IMG/VR virus record: IMGVR_UViG_3300025296_003001
Span: 1-32,117 of that record
Source: a virus
Lineage: Duplodnaviria > Caudoviricetes
Reading direction: 5' to 3' (one strand)
Length of the DNA stretch: 32,117 nucleotides
Position 1 is the stretch's first letter, and each line of letters begins with the position of its first letter. This document shows, in pieces, positions 7,134-15,344 of this stretch. The notes beneath the pieces are model-generated. The model did not search any database, was not told the origin of the DNA, and was given only the letters and a program-made list of their open reading frames with translations. The translations under genes were made by a program, and so were the position numbers.

Positions 7134-7920
7134 TGTCGACCTCTGGATGCCGCTATACATCGGCGACTACATGTCCGGAACGTCCAGGCTCACTACTGAG
7201 CAGCACGGCGCCTACCTGCTGCTCATCATGGACTACTGGAAGAACGGCGCGCTCCCCGACAACGACGCCATCCTGGCTCAGATTACCCGGCTCCCGCCTG
7301 ATGCTTGGAGCATGCACCGAGCAGTGCTTGAGCATTTCTTCACGGTCGAGAACGGCGAGTGGAAGCACAAGCGCATCGAGCGCGAGATGGATGCCGCCCG
7401 CGACAAGAAGCAGAAGGCCAGCGAGAAGGCGAAAGCCGCAGCACAAGCGCGCTGGGAGAAGGACGCCGAGCAACAAGCAAAGCAAGAGAAAAGCAACGAG
7501 CAATGCTCCAAGCATGCCACAAGCAATGCTCAGGCAATGCATGAGGAGTGCCCGTCACCATCACCTTCACCATCACCATTACAAACACCGGGACCGTCAC
7601 AAGATATTGCGCCTTCGGCGCCTCGCGCTGGCAAGCAGCGCAAGCCCAAGCGAGCAACCCAGCTCCCTGAAGATTTCGAGCCCAGCGAGAACAACCGGCA
7701 GGTGGCGGCGGAGCAGGGCGTGAGTATCCATGACCAGCTACCGCAGTTCCGTGATTACCACCGGGCCAAGGGCTCGACGATGAAGGATTGGCACGCAGCC
7801 CTGAACACCTGGCTACGCAATGCCAAGAAGTTCGACGGCGGGCGCACCGGCAAACCGCCCCAGGAAACCCCCCATGAACGCGGCCAGCGCATGGCGAGAG
7901 AGCGAGGGATTATCCAATGA
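7126..7920 (+). CDS. Replication initiator (DUF1376/YdaU N-terminus, DnaT-like C-terminus)
   Basis: WMPLYIGDY..T..L...HGAYLLL..YW motif; C-terminal FRDYH..KG..KDWHAA..TWLRNA. Confidence 0.85.
   Translation: MADVDLWMPLYIGDYMSGTSRLTTEQHGAYLLLIMDYWKNGALPDNDAILAQITRLPPDAWSMHRAVLEHFFTVENGEWKHKRIEREMDAARDKKQKASEKAKAAAQARWEKDAEQQAKQEKSNEQCSKHATSNAQAMHEECPSPSPSPSPLQTPGPSQDIAPSAPRAGKQRKPKRATQLPEDFEPSENNRQVAAEQGVSIHDQLPQFRDYHRAKGSTMKDWHAALNTWLRNAKKFDGGRTGKPPQETPHERGQRMARERGIIQ
7301..7540. repeat. Probable origin iterons, (A)AGCA(A)TGCT units in two opposed clusters (7301-7336, 7499-7540)
   Basis: About 11-bp period; 7301-7313 is the exact reverse complement of 7503-7515. Confidence 0.6.
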
Positions 7921-8567
7921 ACGCGAACGACTACCCCGAGTTTGTGACGCTGTGGACCCAGGTCTGCGAGGTGTACGGCAAGCCGCCATCCGATGGCGCC
8001 CTGGACCTGATGTTTAACGCACTCAAGCGGTTCGACCTGGACGCGATCAAGCAGGCGCTGACAGCCCACGTCAACGACACCCAGCACGGTGATTTCGTGC
8101 CCAAGCCTGCCGACATCGTGCGCCACATCGAAGGCGACGGCGATACCCGGGCGCTGTCCGCTTGGGCCAAGGTCGAGGACGCCATTCGCCGCGTCGGCCC
8201 GTACCAGACCGTGGTGTTCGACGATCCGCGCGCCATGGCCGCCATCGAGGAAATGGGCGGCTGGATCAAGCTGTGCGACGTGACCGACCGCGACCTGCCG
8301 TTCAAGGGCAACGAGTTCAAGAAGCGGTACCAGGCGTATATCTCCCGCCCGCCGGAGCGGCACCCGTCGAAGCTGCTGGGCATGAGCGAGGCGACGAACG
8401 CCGGGGAGCACCAGGAATTCGTGCCGGAGCCGCGCCTGATTGGCAATCCGCAACGGTGCCTCGCGGTGATGAAGCAGGGCGCCGAGGCGCAACCCGGCAT
8501 CAACCGGCTATCCGACGCGCTGGATGGCGTGGCGGGCCGACTGACCAGCAAGAGCGAGGTGGCGTAG
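7917..8567 (+). CDS. Replication protein P-like helicase loader (DUF6475-type)
   Basis: Follows the initiator; F.PKPADI, V.FDDP, MGGW motifs. Confidence 0.7.
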   Translation: MNANDYPEFVTLWTQVCEVYGKPPSDGALDLMFNALKRFDLDAIKQALTAHVNDTQHGDFVPKPADIVRHIEGDGDTRALSAWAKVEDAIRRVGPYQTVVFDDPRAMAAIEEMGGWIKLCDVTDRDLPFKGNEFKKRYQAYISRPPERHPSKLLGMSEATNAGEHQEFVPEPRLIGNPQRCLAVMKQGAEAQPGINRLSDALDGVAGRLTSKSEVA

Positions 8568-8924
8568 ATGAATGCCAAACAGATCGAGCAATGCCGAGCA
8601 GAGTTCGAGGTGTGGGTGAGCAGGCAAAACGTTTGCAAGAAGTACGGCGCCAAGCTCCACAAGCATCGCGACGGCAGCTATCGGGACTACCGGATTAATG
8701 ATCGATGGAATGCCTGGAAGGCCGCCACGGCGTCTCAGCTATCAAGCAGCCAATCTCTAGGATTCATTACTCATGCCCAGATGGATGAAATTGTGAGCTC
8801 GAATGACCCCAGTCTGCACTGGCATGCGGATGTATTCGCAAGCCATGAGTATGCGGAGATCTACGGGGATGATGCGGTCGCCATTTTTGCGAGCCGGCCT
8901 AAAGAGCGGGAGGGCACCCAATGA
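8568..8924 (+). CDS. Hypothetical protein with RAEFEVW...WNAWKA motif
   Basis: ORF with GAGG RBS in the operon. Confidence 0.7.
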   Translation: MNAKQIEQCRAEFEVWVSRQNVCKKYGAKLHKHRDGSYRDYRINDRWNAWKAATASQLSSSQSLGFITHAQMDEIVSSNDPSLHWHADVFASHEYAEIYGDDAVAIFASRPKEREGTQ

Positions 8925-9232
8925 GCGTCCGCGAATCCAGCCTCATGGCCTACGACGCCATCACAACCGCCGACCTGGGCCGGCAGCAGAAGCAGGTGCT
9001 TGCCGGAGTCGCCCTGCTGGTCCGTACCGGCCAGCACACCGACGGCTGGGTCAGCCGCCGGCAGATCGCCACCATCACCGGCCTGGAAACGTCCACCGTG
9101 GCGGCGCGCACCCATTCCCTGATCGCAGCCCACCGGCTGGTGGAATCCGAGGATCTGACGCCGTGCCCGGTGACGGGGAAGCGGGTTCACATGGTCGGTC
9201 TCCCGGGTGCTGATGGGAGGGCTGCGGCGTGA
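8921..9232 (+). CDS. Winged-HTH DNA-binding protein
   Basis: SRRQIATITGLETSTVAART..L helix-turn-helix, CPVTG wing. Confidence 0.75.
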   Translation: MSVRESSLMAYDAITTADLGRQQKQVLAGVALLVRTGQHTDGWVSRRQIATITGLETSTVAARTHSLIAAHRLVESEDLTPCPVTGKRVHMVGLPGADGRAAA

Positions 9233-9942
9233 GCATCGAACTGCTGAACATGGATTGCATGGAGTACATGCGCGGCCTTCCGGATAAGGCGTTTGATCTG
9301 GCGATCGTGGACCCGCCGTATGGCATTGGCGAACACGGCGGGAAGAACCGTACGAGCGCAGTGCTCCAAAGGAACGGCGCTCGCCTTATTGCTCGCGATG
9401 GCGGTTATACAAAGAAGGATTGGGACAATGTTCCGCCGCCCGCTGGTTACTTCGAAGAGCTGCGCCGAGTCAGCCATGCGCAAATCATCTGGGGCGCCAA
9501 TTATTACGCTGGCCTGCCAGCGGGCGGGTGCATTGTCTGGGACAAGGTGAACGACGGCGCAGATCAAAGCGCGGCAGAGGTCGCTTACAACAGCTTAACC
9601 AAGCGTGTGGATATGGTGCGCTACATGTGGCGCGGCATGATGCAGGGCGAGTCAATCCACAACGGAACCCGTCAGCAAGGGAATAAATCGCTGAACGAAA
9701 AGCGCATCCATCCTACCCAGAAGCCCGTCAAGCTCTATGAGTGGCTACTGAGCAACTACGCCAAGCCCGGCATGCGCATCCTCGACACCCATCTAGGCAG
9801 CGCCTCGAGTGCCATTGCTGCGCACTACTTCGGCTGCGACTTAGTCGGCACCGAGCTGGATCCTGACTACTTCGCGGCGGCGAAGGCCCGCTTTGAGCGC
9901 GAAACCAGCCAGATCGATATGTTCGCCGGAGGTGCCGCATGA
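9229..9942 (+). CDS. Orphan N6A/N4C DNA methyltransferase (beta class)
   Basis: DPPY motif IV, HPTQKP, ILDTHLGSAS motif I. Confidence 0.93.
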   Translation: MSIELLNMDCMEYMRGLPDKAFDLAIVDPPYGIGEHGGKNRTSAVLQRNGARLIARDGGYTKKDWDNVPPPAGYFEELRRVSHAQIIWGANYYAGLPAGGCIVWDKVNDGADQSAAEVAYNSLTKRVDMVRYMWRGMMQGESIHNGTRQQGNKSLNEKRIHPTQKPVKLYEWLLSNYAKPGMRILDTHLGSASSAIAAHYFGCDLVGTELDPDYFAAAKARFERETSQIDMFAGGAA

Positions 9943-10100
9943 CCCCATTCACCGACCCTCAAGCCGCCTTGGAAGAGGCCCAATTCCAGGCCGAAATGAC
10001 CGGCTGGCCCCAGGCCATCGTAACCACGCCTGAGGGTATGGCGGTTGTGGCGAAACACCGGGCGCATGGCATGGAGATTCTGGAGGTGGTGCATGGCTAA
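9939..10100 (+). CDS. Small hypothetical protein (53 aa, MTPFTDPQAALEEA...)
   Basis: Not in ORF track; GGAGG RBS, ATGA overlap, fills the gap exactly. Confidence 0.7.
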   Translation: MTPFTDPQAALEEAQFQAEMTGWPQAIVTTPEGMAVVAKHRAHGMEILEVVHG

Positions 10101-10563
10101 ACAGAAGCGAACCGTCCTGCTCCGCGTCACCGATGACGGGGCTTTCGTGCCGGCTGACGACCTGAGTAAGCAGTTGCTCCGTCAGCGGAAGATTCGCCGG
10201 GGCGACCTGGTGTCCGCCGACCCGAAGAAGGCGCGCAACCCGACCGCCTGGAAGCGCGCCCACAAGCTGGCCCAGCTGCTGATCGAGAACCTGGACGACT
10301 TCACCAGCATGGACGCGCACAGCGTGCTGAAGCGCCTCCAGTTCGAGGCGGACATCGGCTGCGAGCGAATGGATGTGAAGGTGCCCGGGTACGGCGTGGT
10401 CAGCCAGCGGTGGCCTAAATCCATGTCCTTCGACCAAATGGACGAAGGCGAATTCCAGCAGGTCTACGGCCAGTTCTGCCAGCACATCATCGACATGTAC
10501 TGGAGCGGGCTGACCCAGGACCAGATCGAGCAGATGAGCAATCTGCTGGGGGTGGCAGCGTGA
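10093..10563 (+). CDS. NinB/DUF1367-like protein
   Basis: RN...RAH and PKSMSFDQMDEGEF motifs; nin position. Confidence 0.65.
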   Translation: MAKQKRTVLLRVTDDGAFVPADDLSKQLLRQRKIRRGDLVSADPKKARNPTAWKRAHKLAQLLIENLDDFTSMDAHSVLKRLQFEADIGCERMDVKVPGYGVVSQRWPKSMSFDQMDEGEFQQVYGQFCQHIIDMYWSGLTQDQIEQMSNLLGVAA

Positions 10564-10790
10564 AGCGAATCTATTTTGTGGTCAGCAGAGGAACTTACCC
10601 AGGCGGCGCTATCGTTTCCCGTCGAGAGTTTTTGGTGACCGGGTCGATTACCCGGCAGATGGACAAGGTAGAGGATTTTATTCAAGAGCATTCCGAGGAG
10701 CTGGGTCGGCCATTAAACGGGCCACCTATCGTTTCCTGGTTTAAGTGCGTTGGCGTTGTGATTTTTGGTCGCCAGTGGAGGTGGAGCTGA
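10560..10790 (+). CDS. Hypothetical protein (76 aa)
   Basis: GTGA and TGATG overlaps with neighbours. Confidence 0.6.
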   Translation: MKRIYFVVSRGTYPGGAIVSRREFLVTGSITRQMDKVEDFIQEHSEELGRPLNGPPIVSWFKCVGVVIFGRQWRWS

Positions 10791-11161
10791 TGCAAGGCGG
10801 CAAAGCACCCACCGCGCGCCAAAAGCGGTGGCACCAATGGCTCCGCGACCAGGGCTGCGCCTGTTGCGGCATGCCGGCGGAGATCCACCACTGCGTAGGT
10901 TCCACCGGCAAGCACAGCAAGGTGTGGATCGGTCAGGACTTCACCATTCCACTCTGCCCGCGCCACCACCGGCACGAGGCGTCGATCGACAAAAACACCG
11001 CCCAGTTCGTCACCGAGTATTACGGCTCACCCCGGGACATCGGCCGGCGGGGAATGGAGAAACTGATCTTTGCCGGCCTGGTGGCGCACTACCGGCGCTC
11101 CCATGGCGAGCTGCCGTGTTCGACGGAGGTACTGGCCGCGATTGAGGATTGGAGGCGCTAA
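10790..11161 (+). CDS. HNH-like zinc-binding nuclease (Ref/DUF968-like)
   Basis: GCACCG..AEIHH...IPLCPRHH. Confidence 0.75.
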   Translation: MQGGKAPTARQKRWHQWLRDQGCACCGMPAEIHHCVGSTGKHSKVWIGQDFTIPLCPRHHRHEASIDKNTAQFVTEYYGSPRDIGRRGMEKLIFAGLVAHYRRSHGELPCSTEVLAAIEDWRR

Positions 11162-11526
11162 TGGATGAAATCGTTTTGCCCTGGCCTGACCGGAAGCTGC
11201 ACCCGAACACGCCGGCACACTGGGCAGTCCGTGCAAAAGTGAAGAAAAAAGCCCGCCGGGATGCCCACCTAATCGCCAAGGCCGCTGGCTGGCATCAGAC
11301 CCGGTGGCCCGAAGGGCGCCTGCATGTCTGGATTGACGGCTACGCCAAGGACCGCCGACGCCGAGACCATGACGGTTTCCTCGCCAGCCTCAAGGCGCAT
11401 CTTGACGGCATGGCGGACGCCATGGGCGTGGATGACAGTCGGTTCGTTCCGCACCCCTACATCAAAGACGAAACACGGAACCCGCCAGAGGTGCGGATAC
11501 GGGTAACAGGAGGCCCCCATGAATAA
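11161..11526 (+). CDS. rusA: RusA-like Holliday junction resolvase
   Basis: LPWP..L.PN, RRRDHDG..K..LDG.AD..GVDD. Confidence 0.85.
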   Translation: MDEIVLPWPDRKLHPNTPAHWAVRAKVKKKARRDAHLIAKAAGWHQTRWPEGRLHVWIDGYAKDRRRRDHDGFLASLKAHLDGMADAMGVDDSRFVPHPYIKDETRNPPEVRIRVTGGPHE

Positions 11527-12058
11527 ATTTTTGTACTGGCTCACCGGCTACCTGCCGGCGCGGATCATCAGCGATGGTGAGGCGCCGTATCTGGAGCGCT
11601 ATTACCTGTTCACCCTGCTGGGCTGGCGCTTCTATCTGCACCGATTCGTGGGCAGCGACCCCGACCGGGGCCTGCATGACCACCCTTGGGTGCGGGCGTT
11701 CAGCATCGTGTTGAGCGGCTGGTATTGGGAAGAACGTCGCTCCGGGACCCATAAGGTCCGCTGGTTCAATTCGCTCACCGGGGACACCTTCCACCGGGTG
11801 ATTCTCCCGTGCCCTCTGGATGGACGGCCATTCGACAACGTCATGTGTGGCGGCCCTCACCATGAGCCTCAGACGTGCTGGACGCTGTTCTTCCATCGCA
11901 CTGGCAAGGCCAAGGAGTGGGGCTTTCTGAACGACATTAACGACGCGAGCGGCGCACAGGTGTTCCAGCCGTACCGCTACACCCGCGAGGGCCGGCAAAC
12001 CGAATGGTGGCTGACGGCGCCGCCGGGGCGATACGTGGGGAGGCAGGCAAATGGCTGA
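11519..12058 (+). CDS. Cupin-like phage protein
   Basis: LHRF..SD.DR.LHDHPW..FS.VLSG.Y.E and FHRV metal-binding pattern. Confidence 0.7.
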   Translation: MNKFLYWLTGYLPARIISDGEAPYLERYYLFTLLGWRFYLHRFVGSDPDRGLHDHPWVRAFSIVLSGWYWEERRSGTHKVRWFNSLTGDTFHRVILPCPLDGRPFDNVMCGGPHHEPQTCWTLFFHRTGKAKEWGFLNDINDASGAQVFQPYRYTREGRQTEWWLTAPPGRYVGRQANG

Positions 12059-12251
12059 CACAGCAGACCGAGCCGGTGAATTGATCGAGGAGCGCATGGC
12101 GCAGGCTCTTGCCGGTCGTGGCGGACCCGTCACCCCGTCCGAGACCCACTGCGCGGACTGTGACGACGAAATACCGGAGCGGCGGCGGGCACTGGGCGGG
12201 ATCACCCGCTGCGTGGACTGTCAGGGCATTTTCGAGGCGAGAGGGCGGTGA
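12051..12251 (+). CDS. TraR/DksA C4 zinc-finger protein
   Basis: MADTADRA, CADC...IPERRR...RCVDCQ. Confidence 0.9.
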   Translation: MADTADRAGELIEERMAQALAGRGGPVTPSETHCADCDDEIPERRRALGGITRCVDCQGIFEARGR

Positions 12252-12252
12252 T

Positions 12253-12795
12253 ATGGCGGACGTGAAGCGCGAAATCCATGACGCATACGCGATTTTCAAA
12301 ATGCAGCGCGAGGGCAGCGGCGGGAATGCCCTATCTGGCCGCATCTACGGCATGGCCAAGAATGTCTGGGCGGGAAAGGTCATGGCGGCGGTGGAGAACC
12401 AGCCCCGGCCGCTCGGGGATCTGCTGCTGATGTGCTACGCCCCGGAGTGGGAGACGCGATCCTTCGATGTGATCCGGGCCTGCCTTTGGGGTGAGTTTCT
12501 TCGGCGCTGCGGCAAGGACATCAACCGGGACCACACGCTGCGCAAAGCCAAGGCGATGGCCGAAGTCGCGGTGTTCGATTATCAAGCTCAGGCGCGTAAC
12601 GGCCCTTTCAGTGTGGAGATGGTCTGCCAGATGCTCGGCGTCGACCAGAGCAACTGGTACAAGCCCGGCCGGAAGTGGCGGTATTGGTACGAACAGATGG
12701 GCCGAATCCTCAACCAGTGGGAGCGCGATGCGCTGCGCCAGCCCCGGGAGGTGTGCGAGGAAATTATGGCGCTACGGCAAAAAGAAAGCGCATAA
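12253..12795 (+). CDS. Late antiterminator Q-like protein
   Basis: Last gene before the non-coding gap, terminator and lysis genes; C-terminal HTH-like LGVDQSNW. Confidence 0.65.
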   Translation: MADVKREIHDAYAIFKMQREGSGGNALSGRIYGMAKNVWAGKVMAAVENQPRPLGDLLLMCYAPEWETRSFDVIRACLWGEFLRRCGKDINRDHTLRKAKAMAEVAVFDYQAQARNGPFSVEMVCQMLGVDQSNWYKPGRKWRYWYEQMGRILNQWERDALRQPREVCEEIMALRQKESA

Positions 12796-12892
12796 CTGAC
12801 CGTAGTGCGAATGACCGTAGGAAAAGTACCCTAATTGGCAGAGTCACAGATTGGCTCTGAACCACGCCGGAACCCCTGACCCGGCCATCCCC

Positions 12893-12924
12893 GAGACCCG
12901 CCCCGTGCGGGTCTTTCTATTTCT
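12893..12924 (+). terminator. tR'-like terminator in the late leader
   Basis: GAGACCCGC/GCGGGTCTT stem then TCTATTTCT. Confidence 0.75.
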
Positions 12925-12978
12925 GCCCTACGGACTGGGAGTCACCCGGTCGCCAGGGCGTTTTGTTTGAGGTGTGCG

Positions 12979-13359
12979 ATGGACTGGAGCCGCTGGCCGA
13001 ATTTCTCAGCCGGGGAATTCCGGTGCTCGCACACGGGCAAGAACGGCATGGACCCCGCGTTCATGGACCGCCTGCAATCGCTGCGCACGCAGTACGGCAA
13101 GCCGATGGTCATCACCAGCGGTTACCGCGCCCCGTCGCACCCCATTGAGGCCCGCAAAGCCTCGCCGGGCGCTCATGCCAGCGGCCGGGCGGCGGACATT
13201 GCAGTACGCGGTGGTGATGCCCTGCAGGTGGTCGAGCTGGCTCTGGCGCTGGGCTTCACCGGGTTCGGTGTGAGCCAGAAAGGCGGCAGCCGGTTCATTC
13301 ATTTGGACGATCTTCCCAGCGAAGCGGGCCGCCCCCGGCCCTGGATCTGGAGCTACTGA
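12979..13359 (+). CDS. Endolysin, peptidase M15A family
   Basis: ITSGYR, H..GRAADI, FIHLD zinc-peptidase motifs. Confidence 0.9.
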   Translation: MDWSRWPNFSAGEFRCSHTGKNGMDPAFMDRLQSLRTQYGKPMVITSGYRAPSHPIEARKASPGAHASGRAADIAVRGGDALQVVELALALGFTGFGVSQKGGSRFIHLDDLPSEAGRPRPWIWSY

Positions 13360-13360
13360 C

Positions 13361-13591
13361 GTGAGCCGGCTGTATCGGTTCCTGTCCGAGAATGCCCTGG
13401 TAACGCTGGGACTGGTGATCTGGGGCCTGACGTTGGTCACCTGGGTTACGTGGCGCGTATTCGGCGATAGCCCGCCGGACATCCCGATGGGCACGGCCAC
13501 CGCGTTCGGTGCCGTGTTCGGCCTGCCGGCTGTTCTGGCTGGTGCCTGGAAGGCCTATCGGGATTGGCGCGGCCGAGGTGGCGATCAATGA
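13361..13591 (+). CDS. Probable holin (2 TM, basic C-terminus)
   Basis: Two hydrophobic segments; between endolysin and spanins. Confidence 0.6.
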   Translation: MSRLYRFLSENALVTLGLVIWGLTLVTWVTWRVFGDSPPDIPMGTATAFGAVFGLPAVLAGAWKAYRDWRGRGGDQ

Positions 13592-13977
13592 GCTGGGCAG
13601 TGCTGCTCCAGAAAGGCGGGCCATACGCGGTGGCGTTGGCCGTTGTCGCGGTAATCGCCGCCGGCGGCTGGGTGGGTCGTGGCTGGTACGAAGACAGCCG
13701 GGACCTGGCCGAAGAGCGGGGCGCCCAGGCCGCCATCGCCGCCGCCATGGAGCGCGAATCCAAGATCGCCGAGAAGGTGGAGACCCGTCTGGCCGATCTG
13801 AAGGCCAACGAACGCATCATTGATCGCGGGGTGATCCGTGAAATCCAGAATCCTGTTTATCGCAATGTGTGCGTGCCTGACTCTGGCCGGCTGCTCATCA
13901 ACGCGGCCGCCCGAGGCGAGCCCGTACCAGGAGAATCTGATGACCCGCTGCCCCGAGACTCTCCCGACCCTGGGTAA
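13588..13977 (+). CDS. Rz: Inner-membrane spanin
   Basis: N-terminal TM, helical periplasmic region, overlapped by a lipoprotein ORF. Confidence 0.8.
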   Translation: MSWAVLLQKGGPYAVALAVVAVIAAGGWVGRGWYEDSRDLAEERGAQAAIAAAMERESKIAEKVETRLADLKANERIIDRGVIREIQNPVYRNVCVPDSGRLLINAAARGEPVPGESDDPLPRDSPDPG

Positions 13978-14080
13978 CGGCGAGGCGGGCACGGTCCTGC
14001 GCACCATGACCGAGTGGGCCAGCCAGTATCACGACTGCGCCACCCGGCATAACGGCCTGATCGAGGCCATCCGAGAATGA
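13838..14080 (+). CDS. Rz1: Outer-membrane spanin lipoprotein
   Basis: Lipobox LAGC, Pro-rich, Y..C..RH..L motif; +1 frame overlap with Rz. Confidence 0.85.
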   Translation: MKSRILFIAMCACLTLAGCSSTRPPEASPYQENLMTRCPETLPTLGNGEAGTVLRTMTEWASQYHDCATRHNGLIEAIRE

Positions 14081-14202
14081 AGCGCTGGCTGTACACCACC
14101 GTGTACGCCCTGACGCTGACCCTGATTATCGTTTTTCTTTTCTGGCTTGTGGCTGCGTGGATAGCGCGGCAATGGTGGAGATCGTCCCGGGATGACAGAT
14201 GA
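14077..14202 (+). CDS. 41-aa single-TM miniprotein (MKRWLYTTVYALTLTLIIVFLFWLVAAWIARQWWRSSRDDR)
   Basis: Not in ORF track; ATGA overlap with the Rz1 stop, fills the gap. Confidence 0.55.
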   Translation: MKRWLYTTVYALTLTLIIVFLFWLVAAWIARQWWRSSRDDR

Positions 14203-14584
14203 GGCACCCAACGAAATGGACAGCTTCCCCCTGCGGGTGAATGAGCTGGAACGCGGCCATGCACTCCACGACCACCGCCTGAAGATGCTTGAGAGTGAGC
14301 GATTGGGCGAGCGCATGGCTCTGGCTGAGCGTAGCGCCGCCGAGGCCAAAGAAGGCGTGGAGATCCTGCGCGGCGAGGTGTCCAAGCTGCAAAAGGCCCA
14401 GGACGCGGGATTCAGCAAGCTGGGCCAGGCCGTTGGAAAGATCTACTCATTGTTCAAAGGCGCCATGTGGGCGTTCGGTGTGGTGGGCGCACTGCTCGCA
14501 ATACTGAACGTGGTGGCCGACCTCGCCCCGAAGATGGACGCCATCATCATCGAGAAGAGCCCGCCTGTGCAGGTGGATGAGTAA
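14192..14584 (+). CDS. Coiled-coil + C-terminal TM protein (XhlA-like architecture)
   Basis: Heptads then GAMWAFGVVGALLAIL. Confidence 0.7.
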   Translation: MTDEAPNEMDSFPLRVNELERGHALHDHRLKMLESERLGERMALAERSAAEAKEGVEILRGEVSKLQKAQDAGFSKLGQAVGKIYSLFKGAMWAFGVVGALLAILNVVADLAPKMDAIIIEKSPPVQVDE

Positions 14585-14919
14585 TGCGGACCATAGTCGT
14601 AAACAGCCGAGGCCAAGCGCGCCCCACCCGGGTGACGAAAGAGCAGGGCGACGTGCTGCCGCTGGTGTTCGACTTCTCCCTGCTGCTGCCCACCGTGGAC
14701 AGCTACACCGTACAGGGCGACATGCCGGTCACCGGCCACAGCCGGGACGGCTCACGCATCACTGTGACCCTGGATGCCGGCCAAGCCTGCCGCACCTACG
14801 ACCTGGTTGTTCGCGCCACCGGTAACGGCGAAACCCGTGCCGCCACGGTTCAGGTGAAGGTCGAGGACCGCGAGCGCGGCTGGAACAGCATGGATTGCGG
14901 CTGTGGAGGGTATTGGTAA
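14584..14919 (+). CDS. Beta-rich, probably virion-associated protein (fibre-adaptor-like)
   Basis: K..GDVLPLVFDF motif, Ig-like strand pattern; TAATG coupling on both sides. Confidence 0.55.
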   Translation: MRTIVVNSRGQARPTRVTKEQGDVLPLVFDFSLLLPTVDSYTVQGDMPVTGHSRDGSRITVTLDAGQACRTYDLVVRATGNGETRAATVQVKVEDRERGWNSMDCGCGGYW

Positions 14920-15344
14920 TGGCTGGGCGTCCGTCGAAGTACACCAAGAAACTGGGTGATGACATCTGTGTCCGCTTGGCGGGCGGCGAGTCCCTGCGTT
15001 CAGTGTGTCGTGACGCCAAGATGCCCGCCTTGTCCACTGTCCTGCTGTGGGTTGTGGATGGGAAGCATCAAGATTTTTCGGAGCAGTATCACGTGGCGCG
15101 CGAGGCTGCCGGCTATGCGCACGCCGACGAAGCCCTGGATATGCGTCATGCCGTTATCTCGGGCGAGGTTGACGCCCAGGCTGCCCGCGTCGTTCTGGAT
15201 GCCCTCAAGTGGGGCGCTGAGCGCATGTCACCCAAAAAGCACAGCCCGCGCCAGATGATCGACCACAGCAGCCCGGATGGCTCCATGACGCCGCAGCCCA
15301 CCCGTATCGAGATCGTTGCCCCGAATGACAACGGCAAGGGTTGA
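14919..15344 (+). CDS. terS: Terminase small subunit (Sf6 gp1-like)
   Basis: GRPSKYT...IC.RLA.GESLRSVC...MP. Confidence 0.9.
   Translation: MAGRPSKYTKKLGDDICVRLAGGESLRSVCRDAKMPALSTVLLWVVDGKHQDFSEQYHVAREAAGYAHADEALDMRHAVISGEVDAQAARVVLDALKWGAERMSPKKHSPRQMIDHSSPDGSMTPQPTRIEIVAPNDNGKG

Noticed and set aside
9229-11161. Restriction-modification pair (methyltransferase + HNH)
   Set aside because: Separated by three genes; the HNH looks like a typical nin-region Ref/DUF968-type protein.
12839-12964. Possible tRNA in the post-Q gap
   Set aside because: No cloverleaf, T-loop (GTTCRA) or acceptor stem; only independent hairpins.
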